The translations under genes were made by a program, and so were the position numbers. This document shows, one piece after another, positions 7,962-18,396 of a stretch of 32,000 bases of DNA (its first letter is position 1; each line of letters begins with the position of its first letter). Under the pieces are notes generated by a model. It was given only the letters and a program-made list of their open reading frames with translations. It had not been told where the DNA came from and did not search any database. The stretch comes from Gemmata obscuriglobus (GTDB lineage Bacteria > Planctomycetota > Planctomycetia > Gemmatales > Gemmataceae). The stretch spans positions 5,250,001 through 5,282,000 of the forward strand of contig NZ_CP042911.1 of the NCBI RefSeq assembly GCF_008065095.1. Reading direction: 5' to 3'.

Positions 7962-10727
7962 TCAAACAACCACGATGTTTACCAGCTTCCGCGGCACCAC
8001 TTTCACCATCTTCACGGTCTTCCCATCGATCGCGGCCTTCACGGCCTCGTCGGCGCGGGCCGCGGCTTCCAGTGCGGCGTCGTCGATCTCCGCGGGCACC
8101 TTCAGCACGGCCTTCTTCTTGCCGTTGATCTGAACCGGCACCTCGATCTCGTCGGCCTTCGCCAGCGCGGGATCGAACTTCGGCCACGGCGCGTAGGCGA
8201 GCGTGTCCGTGTGCCCCAGGGCGCGCCACAGTTCCTCCGCGACGTGCGGCGCGTACGGCGCCAGCAGCAGCACGAACGGTTCCAGCACCGCGCGGGGTCG
8301 CGCCTCCAGCTTGGTGGCGTGGTTTACGAACTCCATCATCGCGGAGATCGCGGTGTTGAAGCGCAACCCTTCGGTGTCCTCGCCCACCTTCTGGATGGTG
8401 CGGTGCAGCACGCGGAGCGTGTCGCGGTCCGGTTCCACGTCCTTCACAGCCGGGTTCAGCGTCAGCGACTCGGCCATGTCGTCGACGATCAACCGCCATG
8501 CGCGCGAAAGGAAACGGTAAACGCCCTCGACGCTCTTGGTGTTCCAGGGCTTCACCGCCTCCAGCGGCCCCATGAACATCTCGTACAGCCGCAGGCTGTC
8601 GGCCCCGTACTCCTTCACGATGTCGTCCGGGTTCACCACGTTCCCGCGGGACTTCGACATCTTGTGCGCGCGTGAATCGACGCGAATGCTGTTGTCCTCC
8701 TTCAGCACGAACGACGGTCCCTTTTTCTCAACCTGCTCCTCGGTGACGCTCACGGTCTGGACCGGGCCTTGCTTAATTTCGGCCAGTTCCTTCTCTTCAT
8801 CGGTAACGGCATTTGCCGACACCCATTTCCCGCCCTTCTGGTAAGCAGTCAGCTCAACTTCTCCCAGAATCATGCCCTGGTTCACGAGCCGCTGGAACGG
8901 CTCCGGGCACGGCAGGTAGCCGCGGTCGAACAGCACCTTGTGCCAGAACCGCGCGTACAGCAGGTGCAGCACCGCGTGCTCGGCCCCGCCGACGTACAGG
9001 TCGATGGGCAGCCAGTGCTTCAGCTTCGCAGGGTCGGCGAACGCGCCCGTGTTCTGCGGGTCGATGTAGCGCAGGAAGTACCAGCACGAGCCGGCCCACT
9101 GCGGCATCGTGTTCGTCTCGCGCTTGAAGCCCTTCCCGCCCGCCGTCACGTTCACCCAGTCGGTCGCCTTCGACAGCGGGCCTTCGGGGGTGCCGGTCGG
9201 CTTGAAGTCCTCCAGGTCCGGCGGCACCAGCGGCAGGTCGCCCGGCGAAAGCGCGACCAGTTCGCCGCCCGCCCCGTGCAGCACCGGGAACGGCTCGCCC
9301 CAGTACCGCTGCCGGCTGAACAGCCAGTCGCGCAGCTTGTAGTTCACCCGCCGGTGCCCCACGCCGCGCCCTTCCAGGGTGACGATCACGTCGCGCTTCG
9401 CTTCCGCGGTGGGCAGCCCGTTCAGCCGCCCGCTGTTGATCGCGATCCCTTCCTCGCAGTACGGCTCCTTCAGATCCGAAACGGTGCTGCCGGTTTTCGC
9501 CAGCCACTCGTCGGTCGGCCGCACGACGGTGACGATCGGCAGCCCGAACTCCTTCGCGAACTCGAAGTCGCGTTCGTCGTGCCCCGGCACGGCCATGATC
9601 GCGCCGGTTCCGTAGGTCGCCAGCACGTAGTCCGCGATCCAGATCGGGATCTTCTCGTTGCCCAGCGGGTTAATGGCGTAGGCGCCGGTGAACACGCCGG
9701 TCTTCTTCTTGGCGGTCTCGGTGCGCTCGAAGTCGCTCTTCCGCGCCGCCGCCTGCTGGTACTCCTTCACGGCAGCGGCGTGCGACGGCGTGGTGATCGC
9801 CGGCACCAGCGGGTGCTCCGGGGACAGCACCATGTACGTGGCGCCGTACAGCGTATCGGGCCGGGTGGTGAAGACGCGCACGGTCGCGTCGTGGTCCGCC
9901 AGCTTGAACTCGACCTCGGCCCCCTCGCTCTTGCCGATCCAGTTCCGCTGCATCTCCTTGATGGAGTGCGACCAGTCCAGCGGCTCCAGGTCTTCCAGCA
10001 GCCGCTCGGCGTAGGCGGTGATCCGCATCAGCCACTGGCGCAGCGGGCGGCGCTCGACCGGGTGCCCGCCGCGCTCGGACTTGCCGTCAATGACCTCTTC
10101 GTTCGCGAGCACGGTCCCCAGCGCCGGGCACCAGTTCACCGGCACTTCCGCTTGATAAGCGAGCCGGTGATCGTCCTGGTACTTGCGCACCGCGTCCGGC
10201 CCCTGCCCCGTCACCTCGGCGGGGATCGGCAGCTCGGCGATGGGCCGGCCCTTCCTGGCGACGGGGTCGTACCACGTGTCGTAGATGGTCAGGAAGATCC
10301 ACTGGGTCCACTTGAAGTAGTTCGGGTCGGTGGTATCGACCTCGCGGTCCCAGTCGTAGGAGAAGCCCAGCGCCTTGATCTGGCGGCGGAACGTGTTGAT
10401 GTTCTGCTGCGTGGTGATGCGCGGGTGAACGTTCTTCTCGACGGCGTACTGCTCGGCGGGCAGGCCGTAGGCGTCCCAGCCCATCGGGTGCAGGACGTGG
10501 AAGTTGTTCATCCGCTTGAACCGCGCCAGGATGTCGGTCGCGGTGTACCCTTCGGGGTGGCCGACGTGCAGCCCGGCGCCGCTCGGGTACGGGAACATGT
10601 CCAGGATGTAGTACTTGGGCTTCCCTTCGGTGCCCGGCTCGCCCGGGTCGGCGGTGCGAAACGTCTTGTTCGTTTCCCAGAACTGCTGCCAGCGGCGTTC
10701 CACGTCGGCGTGATTATAACTCGGCAT
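7962..10727 (-). CDS. leuS: Leucine--tRNA ligase
   Basis: From the ATG at 10725-10727 the protein reads [23 protein letters not shown]...[22 protein letters not shown] (HIGH-type motif). It also has a KMSKSRGN motif and typical LeuS editing and anticodon-binding regions, 921 aa in total. The 108 upstream codons of the track ORF are non-coding-like. Confidence 0.95.
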   Translation of the reverse strand: MPSYNHADVERRWQQFWETNKTFRTADPGEPGTEGKPKYYILDMFPYPSGAGLHVGHPEGYTATDILARFKRMNNFHVLHPMGWDAYGLPAEQYAVEKNVHPRITTQQNINTFRRQIKALGFSYDWDREVDTTDPNYFKWTQWIFLTIYDTWYDPVARKGRPIAELPIPAEVTGQGPDAVRKYQDDHRLAYQAEVPVNWCPALGTVLANEEVIDGKSERGGHPVERRPLRQWLMRITAYAERLLEDLEPLDWSHSIKEMQRNWIGKSEGAEVEFKLADHDATVRVFTTRPDTLYGATYMVLSPEHPLVPAITTPSHAAAVKEYQQAAARKSDFERTETAKKKTGVFTGAYAINPLGNEKIPIWIADYVLATYGTGAIMAVPGHDERDFEFAKEFGLPIVTVVRPTDEWLAKTGSTVSDLKEPYCEEGIAINSGRLNGLPTAEAKRDVIVTLEGRGVGHRRVNYKLRDWLFSRQRYWGEPFPVLHGAGGELVALSPGDLPLVPPDLEDFKPTGTPEGPLSKATDWVNVTAGGKGFKRETNTMPQWAGSCWYFLRYIDPQNTGAFADPAKLKHWLPIDLYVGGAEHAVLHLLYARFWHKVLFDRGYLPCPEPFQRLVNQGMILGEVELTAYQKGGKWVSANAVTDEEKELAEIKQGPVQTVSVTEEQVEKKGPSFVLKEDNSIRVDSRAHKMSKSRGNVVNPDDIVKEYGADSLRLYEMFMGPLEAVKPWNTKSVEGVYRFLSRAWRLIVDDMAESLTLNPAVKDVEPDRDTLRVLHRTIQKVGEDTEGLRFNTAISAMMEFVNHATKLEARPRAVLEPFVLLLAPYAPHVAEELWRALGHTDTLAYAPWPKFDPALAKADEIEVPVQINGKKKAVLKVPAEIDDAALEAAARADEAVKAAIDGKTVKMVKVVPRKLVNIVVV

Positions 10728-11506
10728 CGCGCGGCCTTGTGTGCGTGTAAATCGTAGGGCTTGGCTTACGCCGGCCCGAAACCCGCGTCCAGAAAAGTGA
10801 TGACCGACAGGCGCCGGCGGTTCGCCCGCCCGCCGGGCCGCCGCGCCAGCCGGCCAGGTTCGCGCGTGGCGGGCGTTCAATGCAATGGAACTCGTGTCGG
10901 TCCGCACGGGTATTCCTCTGTTGCGGCCGGTTGGGCCAACCGCGATCGTTCGAACGAGTCGCTTCGCACCTACGCCACCGCCAATTCGAATTCGCAAAGC
11001 ATTACGAATCATGATCTTGCAACTAACCTTCGGCCACCTCCCGGACCGCATCGGGCCGGTCGCTCCCGTCCGCTTGGGCGGGATTCGTGGGTAGCAAACG
11101 GGTAGCTCCTGGGGAGCGAATCGCCACCGTTCCGCCCGCGAATGTCCATTCGGTGCCCCAGCAGGTTCTGCTGTAACCCCCGTTACACCTCACGCAGCCG
11201 AGTGCCGCCCGGCCCGCTCCGGTCCGCTGCCGTTGGGGTAGCAGCGGAGGTGTTCGAAGGTAGCGAACGGAAGCGGAACCCCCACATCACCCCCGCTGTG
11301 TGGTAGCTCGGTGCCAGCTCCCGGACCACCGCCGCTTCCATCGGCAGCCCTCCGCCGCGCCCAGGTGATACGCGGCGCAAAGTAGCTCCCGGAGCTTGTA
11401 CCCCTGGCCCACTCCCCTTCTGGCCGGGAGAGAAGACACGTCGGGAGCGCCGCGCAGCCGGTCCCTCCTGATTAACGATCCGGGTGGTTGTGTCTGTTTC
11501 TCGCGG

Positions 11507-11626
11507 CACAGGCATTCCTCAGTAGTTGCCACGGCTACGGCGTATTCGGTAGTTCGGTCGTTGATTGTCACAGAAACTCATGCGCCGCCCAAGCACAGTT
11601 GCAACCACTAACGAATGCCTGCGCCA
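11507..11626. repeat. Imperfect palindromic element of about 120 nt with 25-nt arms
   Basis: The left arm is GGCACAGGCATTCCTCAGTAGTTGC (11507-11531). The reverse complement of the right arm is GGCGCAGGCATTCGTTAGTGGTTGC (11602-11626). 21 of 25 positions match. It lies in ORF-poor DNA downstream of cinA. Confidence 0.55.
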
Positions 11627-11685
11627 CAAAAAAACGAAGCCAACACCAGTAACCGGATCGTGCATGAACGGCGTTGTTATTGGCA

Positions 11686-12927
11686 TCACTCTTTCATGAG
11701 CCGCAACCGCACGGCGTTGAGCGCGAGTTTCGCGGTGCGGCTCATGATCTCGTACCGCGTGCCGAGCCAGCCCCAGCGAACCACTTCGCACCCGTCGGCG
11801 TGCGCCAGCCCCACGTAGGCCGTGCCCACCGGGTTCTCCTCGGTGCCGCCGGCCGGTCCCGCGAAGCCGGTTGTTGACACGCCGTAGTCGGTTCCGAACT
11901 TCGCGCGGACCCCTTCGGCCATCGCCCGCGCCACCGGTTCGCTCACCGCGCCGAAACGGTCCAGCAGTTCTTTCGGAACCCCCAACTCGCGGTGCTTCAC
12001 CTCGTCGGTGTAGCTCACCACGCCGCCCATGAAGAAGTCGCTCGCGCCGGGCACCAGGCACACCCGATGGGCCACCAGTCCGCCGGTGATGCTCTCCGCG
12101 GTCGCAAGGGTCTTGCGCTTCTCGTGCAGGAGCCGCACGACCGCCCCTTGCAAATCGTCGTCCTCGGTGCCGAACACCAGTTCGCCGAGGCGCTCGCGGA
12201 TCGTCGCTTCCACCGGAGCGATCTGCGCCTCGGCTTCGGCCAGGGTCGGTGCGCGGGCGAGGATGCGGAGCGAGACCACCGCGTCGCTGACGGTGATGCC
12301 GACCTCGGGAACGTGCCCGCGGCGGGTGAGGTCGAGGAGCTTCGCTTCGACCGCAGACTCACCCGTGCCGAACGTGTTGATCTTGCGCTGGATGAACACG
12401 CCGCCGCCGAGTCCCATCGCCAAGAGCTTCGGCTGAACCTGTTCCAGGTACATCCGGTGCATCTCGGACGGCACCCCGGGCATCGCGATCACCTGGGCGC
12501 GTCCGACCTGCGCCCACACCCCCGGCGCAGTGCCTGCAACATTGAAAATGGGTTCCGCACCGGCGGGGATCAGCGCCTGAACGTGGTTGCGGTCCGGCAT
12601 CACCCGCCCGCGCTTGGCGAACATCTCTGCGATGTGCGCCAGCGACGCCGCGTGTTCCACGAGTTCCACGCCGGCGGCCGTAGCGATCACCTCGCGGGTC
12701 AGGTCGTCTTGCGTCGGTCCCAGACCGCCCGTCGTAATGACGAGGTCCGCGCGCCCGGTCGCGATCTTGAAGCACTCGACGTTCTCGGCGAGGTCGTCGC
12801 GCACCGTCGTGTGAAACGCAACCGGGATGCCGATCTCGGCGAGCCGCCGGCTCAACCACTGCGCGTTGGTGTCGAGGTTCTGCCCGCTGGTCAGTTCGGT
12901 CCCGATGGAGATGACTTCGACTTTCAT
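11686..12927 (-). CDS. cinA: CinA-family competence/damage-inducible protein (MoCF-type domain plus PncC-like NMN amidohydrolase domain)
   Basis: [29 protein letters not shown]...[15 protein letters not shown]...ESITGGL...[10 protein letters not shown] is a typical CinA. I prefer the ATG at 12925-12927; the track start at 12948 is a TTG 7 codons upstream. Confidence 0.9.
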   Translation of the reverse strand: MKVEVISIGTELTSGQNLDTNAQWLSRRLAEIGIPVAFHTTVRDDLAENVECFKIATGRADLVITTGGLGPTQDDLTREVIATAAGVELVEHAASLAHIAEMFAKRGRVMPDRNHVQALIPAGAEPIFNVAGTAPGVWAQVGRAQVIAMPGVPSEMHRMYLEQVQPKLLAMGLGGGVFIQRKINTFGTGESAVEAKLLDLTRRGHVPEVGITVSDAVVSLRILARAPTLAEAEAQIAPVEATIRERLGELVFGTEDDDLQGAVVRLLHEKRKTLATAESITGGLVAHRVCLVPGASDFFMGGVVSYTDEVKHRELGVPKELLDRFGAVSEPVARAMAEGVRAKFGTDYGVSTTGFAGPAGGTEENPVGTAYVGLAHADGCEVVRWGWLGTRYEIMSRTAKLALNAVRLRLMKE

Positions 12928-13096
12928 CGGCGTTGTTCCGGGGCTCAATTATGTGCGGTCCAGAAGGGAATGACCCTGGCGGTAGCTTACGCCCGCGCGG
13001 TTGCTTCGGCGCCGCACGTGTGGCCGGCGCCGGGTCGAGGTGTCCCGCCGGCCGGCGCCGACGTATCTTGATTCCACAACTACCACGGGGGCACCC

Positions 13097-14071
13097 ATGC
13101 CGAAAGCAGTTCGCATCACCGAAACGGGCGGCCCCGAGGTGCTCCGCTGGGACGAGGTGGAGGTTGGCGCTCCCGGCGCGGGGCAGGCGCTCGTGCGGCA
13201 CGCCGCCGTCGGTGTGAACTTCATCGACACCTACCACCGGTCCGGGTTGTACCCGGTCCCGCTCCCGAGCGGGATCGGCAGCGAGGCCGCGGGCGTGGTT
13301 GAGGCGGTCGGGCCGGGGGTGACAGTTGTGCGGCCCGGCGACCGCGTGGTGTACGCCGGCGGCCCGCGCGGCGCTTACGCCGAGAGCCGGCTGGTGCCCG
13401 CCGAGGTTCTGCTGCCGATCCCTGCGGGCATCGACGACCGGACCGCCGCCGCGGTGATGCTCAAGGGCATGACCGCGCAGTACCTCATCCGGCGCACGTA
13501 CCCGGTGAAGGCGGGCGAAACGGTGCTGTTCCACGCCGCCGCGGGCGGGGTCGGGTTGATCGCGTGCCAGTGGCTGAAGGCGCTCGGCGCGACCGTCATC
13601 GGCACCGTCGGGTCGGACGAAAAGGCCGCGATCGCCCGCGCGCACGGGTGCGACCACGTCATCGTTTCCACGCGCGAGGACACCGCCGCCCGGGTGAAGG
13701 AACTCACCGGCGGGGCGGGGGTGCCGGTGGTGTACGACTCGGTCGGGAAGGACACGTTCCTCAACTCGCTCGACTGCCTGCGCCCGCTCGGGTTGATGGT
13801 GAGCTTCGGGAACTCGTCCGGCAAGGTGACGCCGTTCGACCTCACCATCCTGTCGCAGAAGGGTTCGCTCTTCCTCACCCGGCCGACGCTGGCCACTTAC
13901 ACGGCCACCCGCGCGGACCTCGAAGCGACCGCCAACGACGTGTTCGACGTTCTGCGCAGCGGGGCCGTGAAGGTCGAGGTGCGCCACGTGTACCCGCTGG
14001 CCGACGCGCAACAGGTCCACCGCGACCTCGAAGGCCGCCGCACCGTCGGCTCGGTCGTAATGACCCCCTGA
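13097..14071 (+). CDS. qor: NADPH:quinone oxidoreductase (zeta-crystallin / MDR family)
   Basis: From the ATG at 13097 the protein reads MPKAVRITETGGPEVLRWDEVEVGAPGAGQALVRHAAVGVNFIDTYHRSGLYP...FHAAAGGVGLIACQW..., 324 aa and Qor-like throughout. Confidence 0.9.
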   Translation: MPKAVRITETGGPEVLRWDEVEVGAPGAGQALVRHAAVGVNFIDTYHRSGLYPVPLPSGIGSEAAGVVEAVGPGVTVVRPGDRVVYAGGPRGAYAESRLVPAEVLLPIPAGIDDRTAAAVMLKGMTAQYLIRRTYPVKAGETVLFHAAAGGVGLIACQWLKALGATVIGTVGSDEKAAIARAHGCDHVIVSTREDTAARVKELTGGAGVPVVYDSVGKDTFLNSLDCLRPLGLMVSFGNSSGKVTPFDLTILSQKGSLFLTRPTLATYTATRADLEATANDVFDVLRSGAVKVEVRHVYPLADAQQVHRDLEGRRTVGSVVMTP

Positions 14072-14109
14072 TCCCTCCCGCCTCGTGATCCATTTCCCGG
14101 AGACCCCGC

Positions 14110-15378
14110 GTGACGCCTTTTGATCGCTCGCGCCGCGAGTTCCTCGCGCTTTCCGCCACAACGGCAGCCGCCCCCCTCGCGGGCGGGTTCGCATCGGCGC
14201 AACCGCAAGACGCCGACGCCCCGCTGATCGCTTACGTCGGTACGTTCAGCTCTCCGCTCAAGGACGTGCTCCCAACGCAGGTCGATCTGCCGCCCGGCAA
14301 CGGCCGCGGCATTCACACCTTCCGTGTGGACCGCACCACGGGCGCGCTGACGCCGACGGGCGTTCACGAGATGGGGACGAGCCCGAGCCATGTGGCGGTG
14401 AACGGGACCGGAACGCACCTGTACTCCGCGAACGAAACGGATCGCCAGGGGGAACAGAAGGAAGGCACCGTCACGGCGTTCGCGATCGACCGGAGCAGTG
14501 GCAACCTGAAGCCGCTCAATACTGTAAAATCCGGCGGCGCCGGACCGACTTACGTGAGCCTGCACCCGTCGGGCAAGTTCCTGTTCGTGGCGAACTACTT
14601 CGGGGGCTCGGTCGCGGTGCTTCCCGTACTCGACGACGGGAAACTCGGGGACGCAACGGATGTGAAGCGCGACGCCGGTAAGATCGGCCCGACGAAGGCC
14701 GCCAACGCCCCCAAGGGGAGCTTCGCTTTCAGCGGCCACGATCGCACCCACGCGCACCAGATCCAGACGGACCCGTCGGGCCGATACGTGCTGCACGTTG
14801 ATCTTGGGTTGGACGCGATCTTCGTGTGGAAGTTCGACGCGAAGAACGGCACGCTGACGGCCAACGACCCCGCGTCGGTATCGCTGCCGCCGGGCGACGG
14901 CCCGCGGCACTTCTCCTTCCACCCCAACGGCAAATGGCTGTACTCGGTCCAGGAGGAGGGCTCCACCGTGGTGCGGTTCGAGTACGACGCCGACTCCGGC
15001 AAGCTGACCGCCCGACAAACGATCTCCGCACTGCCGAAAGGATATGCAGGGAGTAACTTCTGTTCGGAGATTCTGGTGTCGGCAGACGGGAAGTTCGTGT
15101 ACGTCGGCAACCGGTTACACGACAGCATCGGCATTTTCGCAATTGGCGAGGCTGGCGATTTGACCCACGTGGGCGATGAATGGACGCGGGGCAACTACCC
15201 GCGGAGCTTCAGCTTCGACCCGACCGGGTCGTTTCTGTACTGCTGCAACCAGCGGGCGGACCACGTGACCGTGTTCCGGACGGATCGGAAAACCGGAGCG
15301 CTGGCGTTCACCGGGCACTACGCCCCGGTCGGTAACCCGTCGTGCGTTACGTTCCTTGATTTGAAGGCGAAGGGCTGA
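14110..15378 (+). CDS. Lactonase-family 7-bladed beta-propeller protein (6-phosphogluconolactonase-like) with a Tat-type signal peptide
   Basis: The GTG start lies 38 nt after qor. The N-terminus MTPFDRSRREFLALSATTAAAPLAGGFASA contains a twin-arginine motif. The body has repeated propeller-like segments typical of Lactonase/YbhE-family proteins (HP.GKFLFVANY, DPSGRYVLHVDLG, HPNGKWLYSV, DGKFVYVGNR, DPTGSFLYCCNQ). Confidence 0.8.
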   Translation: MTPFDRSRREFLALSATTAAAPLAGGFASAQPQDADAPLIAYVGTFSSPLKDVLPTQVDLPPGNGRGIHTFRVDRTTGALTPTGVHEMGTSPSHVAVNGTGTHLYSANETDRQGEQKEGTVTAFAIDRSSGNLKPLNTVKSGGAGPTYVSLHPSGKFLFVANYFGGSVAVLPVLDDGKLGDATDVKRDAGKIGPTKAANAPKGSFAFSGHDRTHAHQIQTDPSGRYVLHVDLGLDAIFVWKFDAKNGTLTANDPASVSLPPGDGPRHFSFHPNGKWLYSVQEEGSTVVRFEYDADSGKLTARQTISALPKGYAGSNFCSEILVSADGKFVYVGNRLHDSIGIFAIGEAGDLTHVGDEWTRGNYPRSFSFDPTGSFLYCCNQRADHVTVFRTDRKTGALAFTGHYAPVGNPSCVTFLDLKAKG

Positions 15379-15389
15379 GGCCTCTGCTT

Positions 15390-15419
15390 CCGCCGCGCCC
15401 GTAACCACGGGCGCGGCGG
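15390..15419 (+). terminator. 13-bp-stem hairpin after the lactonase gene
   Basis: ccgccgcgcccgt aacc acgggcgcggcgg starts 12 nt after the stop. It has no clear U-tract. Confidence 0.45.
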
Positions 15420-15582
15420 GCGGCGTGAACCATCACGCGCCGCAACTCACCCAACACCAACCCGGCACTCGAAGCGCCCAGCGCGGGACGCAACAGCGAC
15501 TCGGCACGAAGCGCACGTTCGGCACTATTAATCGCCCGTTCTTTCCTCGGGGCGTCTTCTTGTCGGGGGAGTGATACCGAAT

Positions 15583-16841
15583 CCAGTAGTTTCAAGTTGG
15601 GCGATTTATGAGTAGCGGGCCGCATGGGTTTACCGGTCAATGGTGGTTACCACGCCTCCACTGTCGGAGCCCCCATGCGACCCAAACGTCAGTCTATCCG
15701 AGCCACCCCGGCCCACGCCACCCGGCACCTCCGTCCGGTCCTGACCGACTGGCTCGGCCGTGCGGTCCAACTGCCCAAGCGTCGCCGCACCTGTACACCC
15801 GAGGTGGTGTGGCGGGTGGTGCTGTTCGCCGCGGCGTTCGCCCGCTCGGTGGCCGCGGCCTGTGCCGCGATCGCCGACGCCCCGTCCGGGCAGGCCATCT
15901 GGGATTGCTTGTACCTCACGCTGCCCAAGCGGCGCCGCACCCTCGAGCGGCGGTTGCGGCCGGCCCTCCACGCCCCGCTCGGCAAGCGGAAGCGGGCGGC
16001 TCGGGTCGCGATCGACTACCACCGGATCGGGTACTTCGGGACGCCGAACCGGGACACCACCCGGTCCAAGGGGGCCGGCGGCACCCACACGTTCCACACG
16101 TACGCCACCGCGTGCCTCGTCGGGGGACCGGACCGGTACACGCTCGGGTTGACGGCCGTGGGCGAGAAGGAGCCGATGACCGCGGTGCTCACCCGGCTGT
16201 TGGATCAGGTGACGGCGGCACGGGTTACGGTCCGGGTCGCGCTGCTGGACAAGGCGTTCTTCTCGATCGCGGTGATGCGGTTGCTCCAGGCGCGGGGTGT
16301 GCCGTTCGTGATCCCGGCCGTGGTCCGGGGCCGCAAGCCCCGGCCCGGGGTGAAGGGGGTCGGGTTGCGGGCCGTGCGGCGGCGGGGCGCGGGTCGATAT
16401 GCGTACACCCACGCGGATCGGGGCACCTCGGTGCGGGTGCACGTGGTGATCGCTCACAAGAGCTACCGGTACCGGCGGACCGGGGGCCGGCGGAGCAAGA
16501 AGTTACTGTACGCGGCGTGGCGGGTGAGCGGGAGCCCGGTGGCGATTCGGGACCTGTACCGGACCCGATTCGGGATCGAGAGCAGCTACCGCCAGTTGGG
16601 GCAGGTTCGGCCCCGGACCTCGACCACCGATGGGGTCGTGCGACTCCTGTGGGTGGCCGTCGGGCTGATCCTGCGTAACGCCTGGTTGTGGTCCCGCTCA
16701 GCCCGCGGCCTCGGGTGGACACTGGCGGCGGTATGCCTGATACTGTTGGCCGATGGGCTGGCACCTACAGATGGCGAAAATAAGTCCATTACTACTGCAC
16801 GATCGGCCAACAAAACCAAGCCGCCAACTTGAAACTACTGG
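15583..16841 (+). mobile_element. ISH3-like (IS4 superfamily) insertion sequence, copy 1, 1259 bp
   Basis: The perfect 18-bp terminal inverted repeat is CCAGTAGTTTCAAGTTGG, at 15583-15600 and as its reverse complement at 16824-16841. The same terminus recurs at 22804-22821. I could not assign a convincing target duplication (only AAT is shared). Confidence 0.85.
15675..16832 (+). CDS. ISH3-like DDE transposase
   Basis: MRPKRQSIRATPAH...VAIDYHRIGYFG...ALLDKAFFSIAVMRLL...YRTRFGIESSYRQLGQ shows a D, D, E and YREK-like signature. An alternative ATG lies at 15624. The stop lies inside the right inverted repeat. Confidence 0.85.
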   Translation: MRPKRQSIRATPAHATRHLRPVLTDWLGRAVQLPKRRRTCTPEVVWRVVLFAAAFARSVAAACAAIADAPSGQAIWDCLYLTLPKRRRTLERRLRPALHAPLGKRKRAARVAIDYHRIGYFGTPNRDTTRSKGAGGTHTFHTYATACLVGGPDRYTLGLTAVGEKEPMTAVLTRLLDQVTAARVTVRVALLDKAFFSIAVMRLLQARGVPFVIPAVVRGRKPRPGVKGVGLRAVRRRGAGRYAYTHADRGTSVRVHVVIAHKSYRYRRTGGRRSKKLLYAAWRVSGSPVAIRDLYRTRFGIESSYRQLGQVRPRTSTTDGVVRLLWVAVGLILRNAWLWSRSARGLGWTLAAVCLILLADGLAPTDGENKSITTARSANKTKPPT

Positions 16842-16909
16842 AATCCGGTTGAAGAATAACCTTCTTCTGTAGCCGGCCTCTGTGAGGCCGGTGCGACACC
16901 ATCCATCTA

Positions 16910-18391
16910 GTATCCGTTCACGGGGTGGCGATGGGTGCCGGGAGGAGTGAGGGCACGGGTGTGCCGTTTCGTGCGGCCTGAATGGCGTCGGTTAGGAAGG
17001 TGAGCACGTTGCGGCCTTGCTGCTGGCACGAGGCGACGACGGTGAGCACCCGCTCGACGAATCGGGAGCCGCGTGCGGAGTCGGTGCCGTAACTGGTCTT
17101 GCGCCAGCACACGGCGTGGCGCAGGGCCCGCTCGGCCGCGTTGTTGGTGGGCTCGACGCCGTCCACCCGGGCGAACGTGTACAGGGCTCCACCGAACCGA
17201 AGCAACTCGCGGCACACGCCCGCGGTGATCGCGCACCCGCACGTGCGCCCGCGCCCCAGTTGGGCGTAGACGGCCGCCCGAACCCCGCCCAGGTGATGGG
17301 ACACGAACCGGGCCCGGCTCAACGTCCCGTCTCGCACCCGGGGCCACGCGCCCAGGAGCGCATCGGCCGAGGCCAACAGGGCGGTCCCGATCGGGGACCC
17401 GTCGTTGCCCCGGTCGATCATCGCCTGGAAGTCCCGCCGCAGGTGCGCCCAACACACCTGGCGCCGGTCCGGTGACAGGTGGTCGTACACCGAGTACCGG
17501 TCGGTGGTGAGCACACCCGGGGTTCCCGGGATCAGTTCGCCCAACACCTTGCGGGCTCGGGACCGGCGGATCACGAACCCGGTCAACCGGTCGGCCACCG
17601 CGACCCACAGCCAGGCCCGGCTCCGGCCCTCGCGCCATCCGGTCTCGTCCACGTTCGCGGGCCTCCCCGTGAGGTGGGCGTGGACCGCCGTGGTGACCGG
17701 CTCCCGGGCGCCCGCGGTGCGGTCCTGGAGGTGGCACACGGCACCCGGGCTGATCGGCACCCCGAACAGGTCCCTCAGCACCCGCGCGACGCCCCGCTTG
17801 CCGAGTCGGTACGCCCCGGTCAGGACCGCGCAGGCGGCCTGGGTCCGGGGGCCGTATCCGCCCCGCACCCCGGGTGGCAATGGTGGGCATGTGACCCGCG
17901 CGCAACGGGGGCAGGTGAGCCGGTGTCGCCGGTACTCGGTCACCTGGGGCCGCACCGCGGGTAACTCGAGCACCTGGTGGCGAATGGGCTCGGGATCGGT
18001 CCCGGCGAGCGCACCGGAGCACCCGGCGCACACCTCGGGCCGCAACTCGAGGACCGTGTCCGGGGGCAGGTCCGGGCGGGCCTGCTTGGGGTGCCCGGGT
18101 TGCCCGCCGCGCCGCTTGCCGGTCGCCTTCTGGGTCGGGGCGGCCTTGACCTGCGGGCCGTCAGACGACGGGGGCTTGGACGAGTTGGACGAGCTCTGGT
18201 TGAGCCGGGCTTCCAGGTCCGCGATCCGGGCTTCCAAACCGTGACCACCGCCACGATGGCGGGCCGCAGGTCGGATGGGATCGCGTCCCACAGGTCCGCA
18301 GGGATGGAAGCAGGTCGGGTCATGTGGCCAAGAAGAACCCGAACCGTGATCGCCGGTCAACCCGAACACCCAACGGGCCGTGAACGGTTAC
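16910..18391 (-). mobile_element. Single-ORF IS66-family element, about 1.48 kb
   Basis: The termini are GTATCCGTTCACGG (16910-16923) and the reverse complement of 18378-18391, GTAACCGTTCACGG (13 of 14 match, with an IS66-like GTA start). The 8-bp flanks differ (tccatcta vs gtggtatg), so there is no target duplication. Confidence 0.7.
16918..18323 (-). pseudogene. IS66-family transposase; the N-terminal 30 or so codons lie in a different frame
   Basis: The main frame reads LEARIADLEARLNQSSSNSSKPPSSDG...RHRLTCPRCARVT...VDETGWRE...CWAHLRRDF...EPTNNAAERALR, which is classic IS66. The plausible N-terminus MTRPASIPADLWDAIPSDLRPAIVAVV starts at the ATG at 18321-18323 in another frame. The switch lies near 18236-18250 and is not at a homopolymer. 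In the main frame the only upstream start is a GTG at 18369, with an unconvincing N-terminus. Confidence 0.75.
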
Positions 18392-18396
18392 GTGGT

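Noticed and set aside
6916-8499. 527-aa minus-strand ORF spanning the SHC-like gene and the leuS 3' end
   Set aside because: It is antisense or out of frame relative to two well-supported genes and is extremely Arg/Gly-rich.
8769-10757. 662-aa + strand ORF, the longest uncharacterised ORF in the track
   Set aside because: It lies entirely antisense to leuS. Its composition is dominated by R, G, P, H, V and L (for example [16 protein letters not shown]), which is typical of shadow ORFs in GC-rich DNA. No motif was recognised.
10728-11685. RNase P RNA, tmRNA, SRP RNA or a riboswitch in the leuS-cinA gap
   Set aside because: I could not find the conserved cores on either strand (GGAAAGUCCGGGC for RNase P, GGUCCGGAAGGAAGCAGC-type for SRP, tmRNA tag or 3' tRNA-like end). 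This by-eye search is not exhaustive.
12359-15018. 611-aa (12359-14194) and 373-aa (13897-15018) minus-strand ORFs
   Set aside because: They are antisense shadows of cinA, qor and the lactonase gene, with Arg/Gly/His-rich low-complexity sequence. The opposite-strand genes have unambiguous family signatures.
15347-15640. 97-aa minus-strand ORF crossing the ISH3-like left end
   Set aside because: It spans an IS terminus and the lactonase 3' end and has no motif. At best, the part outside the IS could be a remnant of a disrupted small gene, which I cannot support.
17977-18396. N-terminal 140 codons of the 413-aa ORF that contains the IS5 transposase
   Set aside because: This part is antisense to the IS66-family transposase and crosses the IS66 terminus. 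The IS5 protein starts convincingly at MSEARRGYPSDVTDDEW (18397).
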